In this document: positions 42,701 through 54,384 of the stretch, in pieces
How the letters are laid out: the number at the start of each line of letters is the position of its first letter
How positions within the stretch are numbered: the stretch's first letter is position 1
NCBI RefSeq assembly: GCF_018977255.1
Contig: NW_024704836.1
Location: forward strand, 124,001 to 178,384
Length of the DNA stretch: 54,384 nucleotides
Source: Callorhinchus milii
Taxonomy: Eukaryota
Reading direction: 5' to 3'
Position numbers and translations under genes: made by a program
The notes under the pieces: generated by a model
What the model saw: the letters and a program-made list of their open reading frames with translations, nothing else
Told to the model about the DNA's origin: nothing
Database searches by the model: none

Positions 42701-45700
42701 GGGAGGATTCCCTCAGTTTTAGGCCGGTCAGACAGTAGGTAGAGGGGAAGACTAACATTGCTGCTTTGCTTGACCTTACCGGACCTTCTTTTCTATTTCA
42801 GCTATAACCAGGACATGAAGTGTTTGCTGGATTAAGGGGAACAGTGGGCTGACTCACTGAGGGCTGAACAGGTTCTTGTGGGACGGTAACCTTTCACCAA
42901 TAGACACCAATCAATACTGGTGACCATTGAGGTTCACACGCAACTTACTTACCTGGTGAGTTTCTGGGATCGCATCACAGAGTGGGGGGAGAGGCTCACC
43001 TCACATGTTAAGCTATCGGCTTCCCTTCAGAAAGAAAATAGGGGGAATGACGAGGGTTATTATCAGGCGGTGTACAGTAAAGCCCGGCTCTCTGTGATGA
43101 CTCTGTTCCCGCCCACTTTGTCTGATATAAAGTGACTGAATGGTAACGTTCTGACTGGAGCCTTGGGATGCGCCCCCTCTCTCTCTCCTCCTCCCTCCCT
43201 CCCTGGAGGGGCGCACCCTGCTTACCCAATTCCGGAGAGTATTAGGCGCAGGTTGGCAGGAGCCGAGTCTTTTTGGCGGGGAGGGGGGGGGAGTTAACGG
43301 AGGTTAGCCGAGATCACAGCGAAATTTGCGCTTTTGAGACGTGATCAGGCGCTGCGTCAACCTCAGAAAGATTATTATTATTTAAGTAACGGGCAAAGTG
43401 ATCTTTCTTCGCAGGACCTTGTACCTTACGGAGCTGTGGAGGACAAAAGAGATCAGACCGAGGTAAGGTCGAGACACGTGTCCGCTCCACTCTTTAGCGG
43501 GTGGTGGTTTTCGCTGGAGGAATTAGTTTTAGCGGCTAAATATGTTGAGCCTGTTATCGCCCCAGTCTGATTGTTGGTGACTGAAACGGTAACCTCTGAT
43601 TCACTGCTGCTTTATCAGCATTTAACGGCCAGAGGACTCTTGTCCAGGGTTGGTTTTCGATCAGCCGGGTGTCTGACACGCACGGAAACCCGGCACCGTG
43701 ACCAGCCGGGTGTCTGACACGCACGGAAACCCGGCACCGTGACCAGCCGGGTGTCTGACACGCACGGAAACCCGGCACCGTGACCAGCCGGGTGTCTGAC
43801 ACGCGTGGACGCCTGTCCCCGTTTGCTTAAGGGTATCCAAACCCGACTGAGGATTCCCCACGTCCCACCCACACCCCAGAGTGTGCTGTCTGGCCAAGCT
43901 TTCCCGCTGCTTGTCCAGCGAGGACCCACCCTCCCCGTTACTTATAGGGCTTTGGCTGCAGGATTAACAGGAGCTGAGGGAGGATTCCCTCAGTTTTAGG
44001 CCGGTCAGACAGTAGGTAGAGGGGAAGACTAACATTGCTGCTTTGCTTGACCTTACCGGACCTTCTTTTCTATTTCAGCTATAACCAGGACATGAAGTGT
44101 TTGCTGGATTAAGGGGAACAGTGGGCTGACTCACTGAGGGCTGAACAGGTTCTTGTGGGACGGTAACCTTTCACCAATAGACACCAATCAATACTGGTGA
44201 CCATTGAGGTTCACACGCAACTTACTTACCTGGTGAGTTTCTGGGATCGCATCACAGAGTGGGGGGGGGAGGCTCACCTCACATGTTAAGCTGTCGGCTT
44301 CCCTTCAGAAAGAAAATAGGGGTAATAACTCGGTCACTCGACCCACGGCTGTTTGTGGGGACGTCGCTGGGCGCAATGGGCTGCCAGGTTTTGCCCCTCG
44401 GGAACGCACAGTCACTACGCTTTGCTGCGTATCCTGCAATGGGGTTGGAGACCTCTATTTGGGTCAAATGACGAGGGTTATTATCAGGCGGTGTACAGTA
44501 AAGCCCGGCTCTCTGTGATGACTCTGTTCCCGCCCACTTTGTCTGATATAAAGTGACTGAATGGTAACGTTCTGACTGGAGCCTTGGGATGCGCTCTCTC
44601 TCTCTCCTCCTCCCTCCCTCCCTGGAGGGGCGCACCCTGCTTACCCAATTCCGGAGAGTATTAGGCGCAGGTTGGCAGGAGCCGAGTCTTTTTGGCGGGG
44701 GGGGGGGAGTTAACGGAGGTTAGTCGAGATCACAGCGAAATTTGCGCTTTTGAGACGTGATCAGGCGCTGCGTCAACCTCAGAAAGATTATTATTATTTA
44801 AGTAACGGGCAAAGTGATCTTTCTTCGCAGGACCTTGTACCTTACGGAGCTGTGGAGGACAAAAGAGATCAGACCGAGGTAAGGTCGAGACACGTGTCCG
44901 CTCCACTCTTTAGCGGGTGGTGGTTTTCGCTGGAGGAATTAGTTTTAGCGGCTAAATATGTTGAGCCTGTTATCGCCCCAGTCTGATTGTTGGTGACTGA
45001 AACGGTAACCTCTGATTCACTGCTGCTTTATCAGCATTTAACGGCCAGAGGACTCTTGTCCAGGGTTGGTTTTCGATCAGCCGGGTGTCTGACAACGCAC
45101 GGAAACCCGGCACCGTGACCAGCCGGGTGTCTGACACGCACGGAAACCCGGCACCGTGACCAGCCGGGTGTCTGACACGCGTGGACGCCTGTCCCCGTTT
45201 GCTTAAGGGTCTCCAAACCCGACTGAGGATTCCCCACGTCCCACCCACACCCCAGAGTGTGCTGTCTGGCCAAGCTTTCCCGCTGCTTGTCCAGCGAGGA
45301 CCCACCCTCCCCGTTACTTATAGGGCTTTGGCTGCAGGATTAACAGGAGCTGAGGGAGGATTCCCTCAGTTTTAGGCCGGTCAGACAGTAGGTAGAGGGG
45401 AAGACTAACATTGCTGCTTTGCTTGACCTTACCGGACCTTCTTTTCTATTTCAGCTATAACCAGGACATGAAGTGTTTGCTGGATTAAGGGGAACAGTGG
45501 GCTGACTCACTGAGGGCTGAACAGGTTCTTGTGGGACGGTAACCTTTCACCAATAGACACCAATCAATACTGGTGACCATTGAGGTTCACACGCAACTTA
45601 CTTACCTGGTGAGTTTCTGGGATCGCATCACAGAGTGGGGGGGGAGAGGCTCACCTCACATGTTAAGCTGTCGGCTTCCCTTCAGAAAGAAAATAGGGGT

Positions 45701-48700
45701 AATAACTCGGTCACTCGACCCAAGGCTGTTTGTGGGGACGTCGCTGGGCGCAATGGGCTGCCAGGTTTTGCCCCTCGGGAACGCACAGTCACTACGCTTT
45801 GCTGCGTATCCTGCAATGGGGTTGGAGACCTCTATTTGGGTCAAATGACGAGGGTTATTATCAGGCGGTGTACAGTAAAGCCCGGCTCTCTGTGATGACT
45901 CTGTTCCCGCCCACTTTGTCTGATATAAAGTGACTGAATGGTAACGTTCTGACTGGAGCCTTGGGATGCGCTCTCTCTCTCTCTCCTCCCTCCCTCCCTG
46001 GAGGGGCGCACCCTGCTTACCCAATTCCGGAGAGTATTAGGCGCAGGTTGGCAGGAGCCGAGTCTTTTTGGCGGGGGGGGGGGGGAGTTAACGGAGGTTA
46101 GCCGAGATCACAGCGAAATTTGCGCTTTTGAGACGTGATCAGGCGCTGCGTCAACCTCAGAAAGATTATTATTATTTAAGTAACGGGCAAAGTGATCTTT
46201 CTTCGCAGGACCTTGTACCTTACGGAGCTGTGGAGGACAAAAGAGATCAGACCGAGGTAAGGTCGAGACACGTGTCCGCTCCACTCTTTAGCGGGTGGTG
46301 GTTTTCGCTGGAGGAATTAGTTTTAGCGGCTAAATATGTTGAGCCTGTTATCGCCCCAGTCTGATTGTTGGTGACTGAAACGGTAACCTCTGATTCACTG
46401 CTGCTTTATCAGCATTTAACGGCCAGAGGACTCTTGTCCAGGGTTGGTTTTCGATCAGCCGGGTGTCTGACAACGCACGGAAACCCGGCACCGTGACCAG
46501 CCGGGTGTCTGACACGCACGGAAACCCGGCACCGTGACCAGCCGGGTGTCTGACACGCACGGAAACCCGGCACCGTGACCAGCCGGGTGTCTGACACGCG
46601 TGGACGCCTGTCCCCGTTTGCTTAAGGGTATCCAAACCCGACTGAGGATTCCCCACGTCCCACCCACACCCCAGAGTGTGCTGTCTGGCCAAGCTTTCCC
46701 GCTGCTTGTCCAGCGAGGACCCACCCTCCCCGTTACTTATAGGGCTTTGGCTGCAGGATTAACAGGAGCTGAGGGAGGATTCCCTCAGTTTTAGGCCGGT
46801 CAGACAGTAGGTAGAGGGGAAGACTAACATTGCTGCTTTGCTTGACCTTACCGGACCTTCTTTTCTATTTCAGCTATAACCAGGACATGAAGTGTTTGCT
46901 GGATTAAGGGGAACAGTGGGCTGACTCACTGAGGGCTGAACAGGTTCTTGTGGGACGGTAACCTTTCACCAATAGACACCAATCAATACTGGTGACCATT
47001 GAGGTTCACACGCAACTTACTTACCTGGTGAGTTTCTGGGATCGCATCACAGAGTGGGGGGGGAGAGGCTCACCTCACATGTTAAGCTGTCGGCTTCCCT
47101 TCAGAAAGAAAATAGGGGTAATAACTCGGTCACTCGACCCACGGCTGTTTGTGGGGACGTCGCTGGGCGCAATGGGCTGCCAGGTTTTGCCCCTCGGGAA
47201 CGCACAGTCACTACGCTTTGCTGCGTATCCTGCAATGGGGTTGGAGACCTCTATTTCGGTCAAATGACGAGGGTTATTATCAGGCGGTGTACAGTAAAGC
47301 CCGGCTCTCTGTGATGACTCTGTTCCCGCCCACTTTGTCTGATATAAAGTGACTGAATGGTAACGTTCTGACTGGAGCCTTGGGATGCGCTCTCTCTCTC
47401 TCTCCTCCCTCCCTCCCTGGAGGGGCGCACCCTGCTTACCCAATTCCGGAGAGTATTAGGCGCAGGTTGGCAGGAGCCGAGTCTTTTTGGCGGGGGGGGG
47501 GGGGGGAGTTAACGGAGGTTAGCCGAGATCACAGCGAAATTTGCGCTTTTGAGACGTGATCAGGCGCTGCGTCAACCTCAGAAAGATTATTATTATTTAA
47601 GTAACGGGCAAAGTGATCTTTCTTCGCAGGACCTTGTACCTTACGGAGCTGTGGAGGACAAAAGAGATCAGACCGAGGTAAGGTCGAGACACGTGTCCGC
47701 TCCACTCTTTAGCGGGTGGTGGTTTTCGCTGGAGGAATTAGTTTTAGCGGCTAAATATGTTGAGCCTGTTATCGCCCCAGTCTGATTGTTGGTGACTGAA
47801 ACGGTAACCTCTGATTCACTGCTGCTTTATCAGCATTTAACGGCCAGAGGACTCTTGTCCAGGGTTGGTTTTCGATCAGCCGGGTGTCTGACAACGCACG
47901 GAAACCCGGCACCGTGACCAGCCGGGTGTCTGACACGCACGGAAACCCGGCACCGTGACCAGCCGGGTGTCTGACACGCGTGGACGCCTGTCCCCGTTTG
48001 CTTAAGGGTATCCAAACCCGACTGAGGATTCCCCACGTCCCACCCACACCCCAGAGTGTGCTGTCTGGCCAAGCTTTCCCGCTGCTTGTCCAGCGAGGAC
48101 CCACCCTCCCCGTTACTTATAGGGCTTTGGCTGCAGGATTAACAGGAGCTGAGGGAGGATTCCCTCAGTTTTAGGCCGGTCAGACAGTAGGTAGAGGGGA
48201 AGACTAACATTGCTGCTTTGCTTGACCTTACCGGACCTTCTTTTCTATTTCAGCTATAACCAGGACATGAAGTGTTTGCTGGATTAAGGGGAACAGTGGG
48301 CTGACTCACTGAGGGCTGAACAGGTTCTTGTGGGACGGTAACCTTTCACCAATAGACACCAATCAATACTGGTGACCATTGAGGTTCACACGCAACTTAC
48401 TTACCTGGTGAGTTTCTGGGATCGCATCACAGAGTGGGGGGAGAGGCTCACCTCACATGTTAAGCTGTCGGCTTCTCTTCAGAAAGAAAATAGGGGTAAT
48501 AACTCGGTCACTCGACCCACGGCTGTTTGTGGGGACGTCGCTGGGCGCAATGGGCTGCCAGGTTTTGCCCCTCGGGAACGCACAGTCACTACGCTTTGCT
48601 GCGTATCCTGCAATGGGGTTGGAGACCTCTATTTGGGTCAAATGACGAGGGTTATTATCAGGCGGTGTACAGTAAAGCCCGGCTCTCTGTGATGACTCTG

Positions 48701-51700
48701 TGCCCACCCACTTTGTCTGATATAAAGTGACTGAATGGTAACGTTCTGACTGGAGCCTTGGGATGCGCTCTCTCTCTCTCTCTCTCCTCCTCCCTCCCTC
48801 CCTGGAGGGGCGCACCCTGCTTACCCAATTCCGGAGAGTATTAGGCGCAGGTTGGCAGGAGCCGAGTCTTTTTGGCGGGGGGGGGGGGAGTTAACGGAGG
48901 TTAGCCGAGATCACAGCGAAATTTGCGCTTTTGAGACGTGATCAGGCGCTGCGTCAACCTCAGAAAGATTATTATTATTTAAGTAACGGGCAAAGTGATC
49001 TTTCTTCGCAGGACCTTGTACCTTACGGAGCTGTGGAGGACAAAAGAGATCAGACCGAGGTAAGGTCGAGACACGTGTCCGCTCCACTCTTTAGCGGGTG
49101 GTGGTTTTCGCTGGAGGAATTAGTTTTAGCGGCTAAATATGTTGAGCCTGTTATCGCCCCAGTCTGATTGTTGGTGACTGAAACGGTAACCTCTGATTCA
49201 CTGCTGCTTTATCAGCATTTAACGGCCAGAGGACTCTTGTCCAGGGTTGGTTTTCGATCAGCCGGGTGTCTGACAACGCACGGAAACCCGGCACCGTGAC
49301 CAGCCGGGTGTCTGACACGCACGGAAACCCGGCACCGTGACCAGCCGGGTGTCTGACACGCACGGAAACCCGGCACCGTGACCAGCCGGGTGTCTGACAC
49401 GCGTGGACACCTGTCCCCGTTTGCTTAAGGGTCTCCAAACCCGACTGAGGATTCCCCACGTCCCACCCACACCCCAGAGTGTGCTGTCTGGCCAAGCTTT
49501 CCCGCTGCTTGTCCAGCGAGGACCCACCCTCCCCGTTACTTATAGGGCTTTGGCTGCAGGATTAACAGGAGCTGAGGGAGGATTCCCTCAGTTTTAGGCC
49601 GGTCAGACAGTAGGTAGAGGGGAAGACTAACATTGCTGCTTTGCTTGACCTTACCGGACCTTCTTTTCTATTTCAGCTATAACCAGGACATGAAGTGTTT
49701 GCTGGATTAAGGGGAACAGTGGGCTGACTCACTGAGGGCTGAACAGGTTCTTGTGGGACGGTAACCTTTCACCAATAGACACCAATCAATACTGGTGACC
49801 ATTGAGGTTCACACGCAACTTACTTACCTGGTGAGTTTCTGGGATCGCATCACAGAGTGGGGGGGGGAGAGGCTCACCTCACATGTTAAGCTGTCGGCTT
49901 CCCTTCAGAAAGAAAATAGGGGTAATAACTCGGTCACTCGACCCACGGCTGTTTGTGGGGACGTCGCTGGGCGCAATGGGCTGCCAGGTTTTGCCCCTCG
50001 GGAACGCACAGTCACTACGCTTTGCGGCGTAACCTGCAATGGGGTTGGAGACCTCTATTTGGGTCAAATGACGAGGGTTATTATCAGGCGGTGTACAGTA
50101 AAGCCCGGCTCTCTGTGATGACTCTGTTCCCGCCCACTTTGTCTGATATAAAGTGACTGAATGGTAACGTTCTGACTGGAGCCTTGGGATGCGGCCCCTC
50201 TCTCTCTCCTCCTCCCTCCCTCCCTGGAGGGGCGCACCCTGCTTACCCAATTCCGGAGAGTATTAGGCGCAGGTTGGCAGGAGCCGAGTCTTTTTGGCGG
50301 GGGGGGGGGGGGGAGTTAACGGAGGTTAGCCGAGATCACAGCGAAATTTGCGCTTTTGAGACGTGATCAGGCGCTGCGTCAACCTCAGAAAGATTATTAT
50401 TATTTAAGTAACGGGCAAAGTGATCTTTCTTCGCAGGACCTTGTACCTTACGGAGCTGTGGAGGACAAAAGAGATCAGACCGAGGTAAGGTCGAGACACG
50501 TGTCCGCTCCACTCTTTAGCGGGTGGTGGTTTTCGCTGGAGGAATTAGTTTTAGCGGCTAAATATGTTGAGCCTGTTATCGCCCCAGTCTGATTGTTGGT
50601 GACTGAAACGGTAACCTCTGATTCACTGCTGCTTTATCAGCATTTAACGGCCAGAGGACTCTTGTCCAGGGTTGGTTTTCGATCAGCCGGGTGTCTGACA
50701 ACGCACGGAAACCCGGCACCGTGACCAGCCGGGTGTACACGCACGGAAACCCGGCACCGTGACCAGCCGGGTGTCTGACACGCACGGAAACCCGGCACCG
50801 TGACCAGCCGGGTGTCTGACACGCGTGGACGCCTGTCCCCGTTTGCTTAAGGGTATCCAAACCCGACTGAGGATTCCCCACGTCCCACCCACACCCCAGA
50901 GTGTGCTGTCTGGCCAAGCTTTCCCGCTGCTTGTCCAGCGAGGACCCACCCTCCCCGTTACTTATAGGGCTTTGGCTGCAGGATTAACAGGAGCTGAGGG
51001 AGGATTCCCTCAGTTTTAGGCCGGTCAGACAGTAGGTAGAGGGGAAGACTAACATTGCTGCTTTGCTTGACCTTACCGGACCTTCTTTTCTATTTCAGCT
51101 ATAACCAGGACATGAAGTGTTTGCTGGATTAAGGGGAACAGTGGGCTGACTCACTGAGGGCTGAACAGGTTCTTGTGGGACGGTAACCTTTCACCAATAG
51201 ACACCAATCAATACTGGTGACCATTGAGGTTCACACGCAACTTACTTACCTGGTGAGTTTCTGGGATCGCATCACAGAGTGGGGGGAGAGGCTCACCTCA
51301 CATGTTAAGCTGTCGGCTTCCCTTCAGAAAGAAAATAGGGGTAATAACTCGGTCACTCGACCCACGGCTGTTTGTGGGGACGTCGCTGGGCGCAATGGGC
51401 TGCCAGGTTTTGCCCCTCGGGAACGCACAGTCACTACGCTTTGCTGCGTATCCTGCAATGGGGTTGGAGACCTCTATTTGGGTCAAATGACGAGGGTTAT
51501 TATCAGGCGGTGTACAGTAAAGCCCGGCTCTCTGTGATGACTCTGTTCCCGCCCACTTTGTCTGATATAAAGTGACTGAATGGTAACGTTCTGACTGGAG
51601 CCTTGGAATGCGCTCTCTCTCCTCCTCCCTCCCTCCCTGGAGGGGCGCACCCTGCTTACCCAATTCCGGAGAGTATTAGGCGCAGGTTGGCAGGAGCCGA

Positions 51701-54384
51701 GTCTTTTTGGCGGGGGGGGGGGGAGTTAACGGAGGTTAGCCGAGATCACAGCGAAATTTGCGCTTTTGAGACGTGATCAGGCGCTGCGTCAACCTCAGAA
51801 AGATTATTATTATTTAAGTAACGGGCAAAGTGATCTTTCTTCGCAGGACCTTGTACCTTACGGAGCTGTGGAGGACAAAAGAGATCAGACCGAGGTAAGG
51901 TCGAGACACGTGTCCGCTCCACTCTTTAGCGGGTGGTGGTTTTCGCTGGAGGAATTAGTTTTAGCGGCTAAATATGTTGAGCCTGTTATCGCCCCAGTCT
52001 GATTGTTGGTGACTGAAACGGTAACCTCTGATTCACTGCTGCTTTATCAGCATTTAACGGCCAGAGGACTCTTGTCCAGGGTTGGTTTTCGATCAGCCGG
52101 GTGTCTGACAACGCACGGAAACCCGGCACCGTGACCAGCCGGGTGTCTGACACGCACGGAAACCCGGCACCGTGACCAGCCGGGTGTCTGACACGCACGG
52201 AAACCCGGCACCGTGACCAGCCGGGTGTCTGACACGCGTGGACGCCTGTCCCCGTTTGCTTAAGGGTATCCAAACCCGACTGAGGATTCCCCACGTCCCA
52301 CCCACACCCCAGAGTGTGCTGTCTGGCCAAGCTTTCCCGCTGCTTGTCCAGCGAGGACCCACCCTCCCCGTTACTTATAGGGCTTTGGCTGCAGGATTAA
52401 CAGGAGCTGAGGGAGGATTCCCTCAGTTTTAGGCCGGTCAGACAGTAGGTAGAGGGGAAGACTAACATTGCTGCTTTGCTTGACCTTACCGGACCTTCTT
52501 TTCTATTTCAGCTATAACCAGGACATGAAGTGTTTGCTGGATTAAGGGGAACAGTGGGCTGACTCACTGAGGGCTGAACAGGTTCTTGTGGGACGGTAAC
52601 CTTTCACCAATAGACACCAATCAATACTGGTGACCATTGAGGTTCACACGCAACTTACTTACCTGGTGAGTTTCTGGGATCGCATCACAGAGTGGGGGGA
52701 GAGGCTCACCTCACATGTTAAGCTGTCGGCTTCCCTTCAGAAAGAAAATAGGGGTAATAACTCGCTCACCGACGGCTGTTTGTGGGGACGTCGCTGGGCG
52801 CAATGGGCTGCCAGGTTTTGATTTCGGACAAATAGCTGCGTATCCTGCAATGGGGTTGGAGATCTCTATTTGGGTCAAATGACGAGGGTTATTATCAGGC
52901 GGTGTACAGTAAAGCCCGGCTCTCTGTGATGACTCTGTGCCCCCCACTTTGTCTGATATAAAGTGACTGAATGGTAACGTTCTGACTGGAGCCTTGGATG
53001 CGCTCTCTCTCTCTCCTCCCTCCTCCCTCCCTGGAGGGGCGCACCCTGCTTACCCAATTCCGGAGAGTATTAGGCGCAGGTTGGCAGGAGCCGAGTCGTT
53101 TTGGGGGGGGGGGGGGGGAGTTAACGGAGGTTAGCCGAGATCACAGCGAAATTTGCGCTTTTGAGACGTGATCAGGCGCTGCGTCAACCTCAGAAAGATT
53201 ATTATTATTTAAGTAACGGGCAAAGTGATCTTTCTTCGCAGGACCTTGTACCTTACGGAGCTGTGGAGGACAAAAGAGATCAGACCGAGGTAAGGTCGAG
53301 ACACGTGTCCGCTCCACTCTTTAGCGGGTGGTGGTTTTCGCTGGAGGAATTAGTTTTAGCGGCTAAATATGTTGAGCCTGTTATCGCCCCAGTCTGATTG
53401 TTGGTGACTGAAACGGTTACCTCTGATTCACTGCTGCTTTATCAGCATTTAACGGCCAGAGGACTCTTGTCCAGGGTTGGTTTTCGATCAGCCGGGTGTC
53501 TGACAACGCACGGAAACCCGGCACCGTGACCAGCCGGGTGTCTGACACGCACGGAAACCCGGCACCGTGACCAGCCGGGTGTCTGACACGCGTGGACACC
53601 TGTCCCCGTTTGCTTAAGGGTATCCAAACCCGACTGAGGATTCCCACGTCCCACCCACACCCCAGAGTGTGCTGTCTGGCCAAGCTTTCCCGCTGCTTGT
53701 CCAGCGAGGACCCACCCTCCCCGTTACTTATAGGGCTTTGGCTGCAGGATTAACAGGAGCTGAGGAGGATTCCCTCAGTTTAGGCCGGTCAGACAGTAGG
53801 TAGAGGGGAAGACTAACATTGCTGCTTTGCTTGACCTTACCGGACCTTCTTTTCTATTTCAGCTATAACCAGGACATGAAGTGTTTGCTGGATTAAGGGG
53901 AACAGTGGGCTGACTCACTGAGGGCTGAACAGGTTCTTGTGGGACGGTAACCTTTCACCAATAGACACCAATCAATACTGGTGACCATTGAGGTTCACAC
54001 GCAACTTACTTACCTGGTGAGTTTCTGGGATCGCATCACAGAGTGGGGGGGGGGAGAGGCTCACCTCACATGTTAAGCTGTCGGCTTCTCTTCAGAAAGA
54101 AAATAGGGTAATAACTCGGTCACTCGACCACGGCTGTTTGTGGGACGTCGCTGGCGCAATGGGCTGCCAGTTTTGCCCCTCGGGAACGCACAGTCACTAC
54201 GCTTTGCTGCGTATCCTGCAATGGGGTTGGAGACCTCTATTTGGGTCAAATGACGAGGGTTATTATCAGGCGGTGTACAGTAAAGCCCGGCTCTCTGTGA
54301 TGACTCTGTTGCCGCCCACTTTGTCTGATATAAAGTGACTGAATGGTAACGTTCTGACTGGAGCCTTGGGATGCGCTCTCTCTC

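Larger units (their letters stand above)
29545..54384 (+). ncRNA. SNHG1: Non-coding snoRNA host gene, UHG/SNHG1-like, running off the window end (TSS approximate)
   Basis: Short GT-AG exons: to 29583, 30893-30920, 31507-31541, 31846-31912, 32686-32720, 33323-33350, about 34345-34380, 35177-35236, 35902-35929, then repeated 36587-36634 and 37252-37405 types. There is one C/D snoRNA per intron in the human UHG order, and no coherent ORF. Confidence 0.85.
36278..54384 (+). repeat. Tandem array of at least 13 units (1282-1425 bp), each with 2 host exons and 2 U31-like snoRNAs
   Basis: Spacings of the recurring landmark: 1422, 1282, 1421, 1384, 1319, 1416, 1378, 1421, 1382, 1425, 1410, 1395. The array continues past the window end. 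Confidence 0.95.

Noticed and set aside
36374-54338. Recurrent 60-120 aa ORFs (MRRDQALRQ.., MARQHTLG.., MTIEVHTQ..) in the array
   Set aside because: They cross splice sites, snoRNA boxes and SINE remnants, vary with homopolymer length, and show no protein motif. They are by-products of the repeat.
36278-54384. CRISPR-like or rDNA/5S-like interpretation of the array
   Set aside because: There are no unique spacers and no rRNA sequence; the units contain spliceosomal exons and C/D snoRNAs.

Overview
Vertebrate genomic DNA, most likely from a cartilaginous fish, judged from its CR1/L2 LINE tails, tRNA-derived SINEs and shark-type TCR sequences. The window has two parts. (1) About 1-25 kb is the 3' end of a very compact T-cell receptor beta locus. 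It holds five tandem V cassettes with 23-RSS (three apparently intact, one with a broken RSS, one frameshifted) and one D (GGGACAGGGGGGAG, 12/23 RSS). These are followed by two canonical J, one FADG J, one pseudo-J, and a five-exon C gene whose Ig domain is split by an intron. After C come a candidate enhancer and an intact inverted V. (2) About 29.3-54.4 kb is a non-coding snoRNA host gene resembling UHG/SNHG1. Its tiny exons flank introns carrying U25, U26, U27, U22, U29 and U30 homologues plus two unassigned C/D snoRNA candidates. One candidate sits in the human U28 position and has a 14-nt 18S rRNA complement. The gene ends in a tandem array of at least 13 units of about 1.3-1.4 kb that runs off the window. 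Each unit has two exons and two U31(SNORD31)-like snoRNAs, giving 27 copies. One class keeps the U31 guide but has a mutated box C; the other keeps its boxes but has a diverged guide. snoRNA and rRNA identities rest on recalled human sequences and need Rfam/Infernal confirmation.
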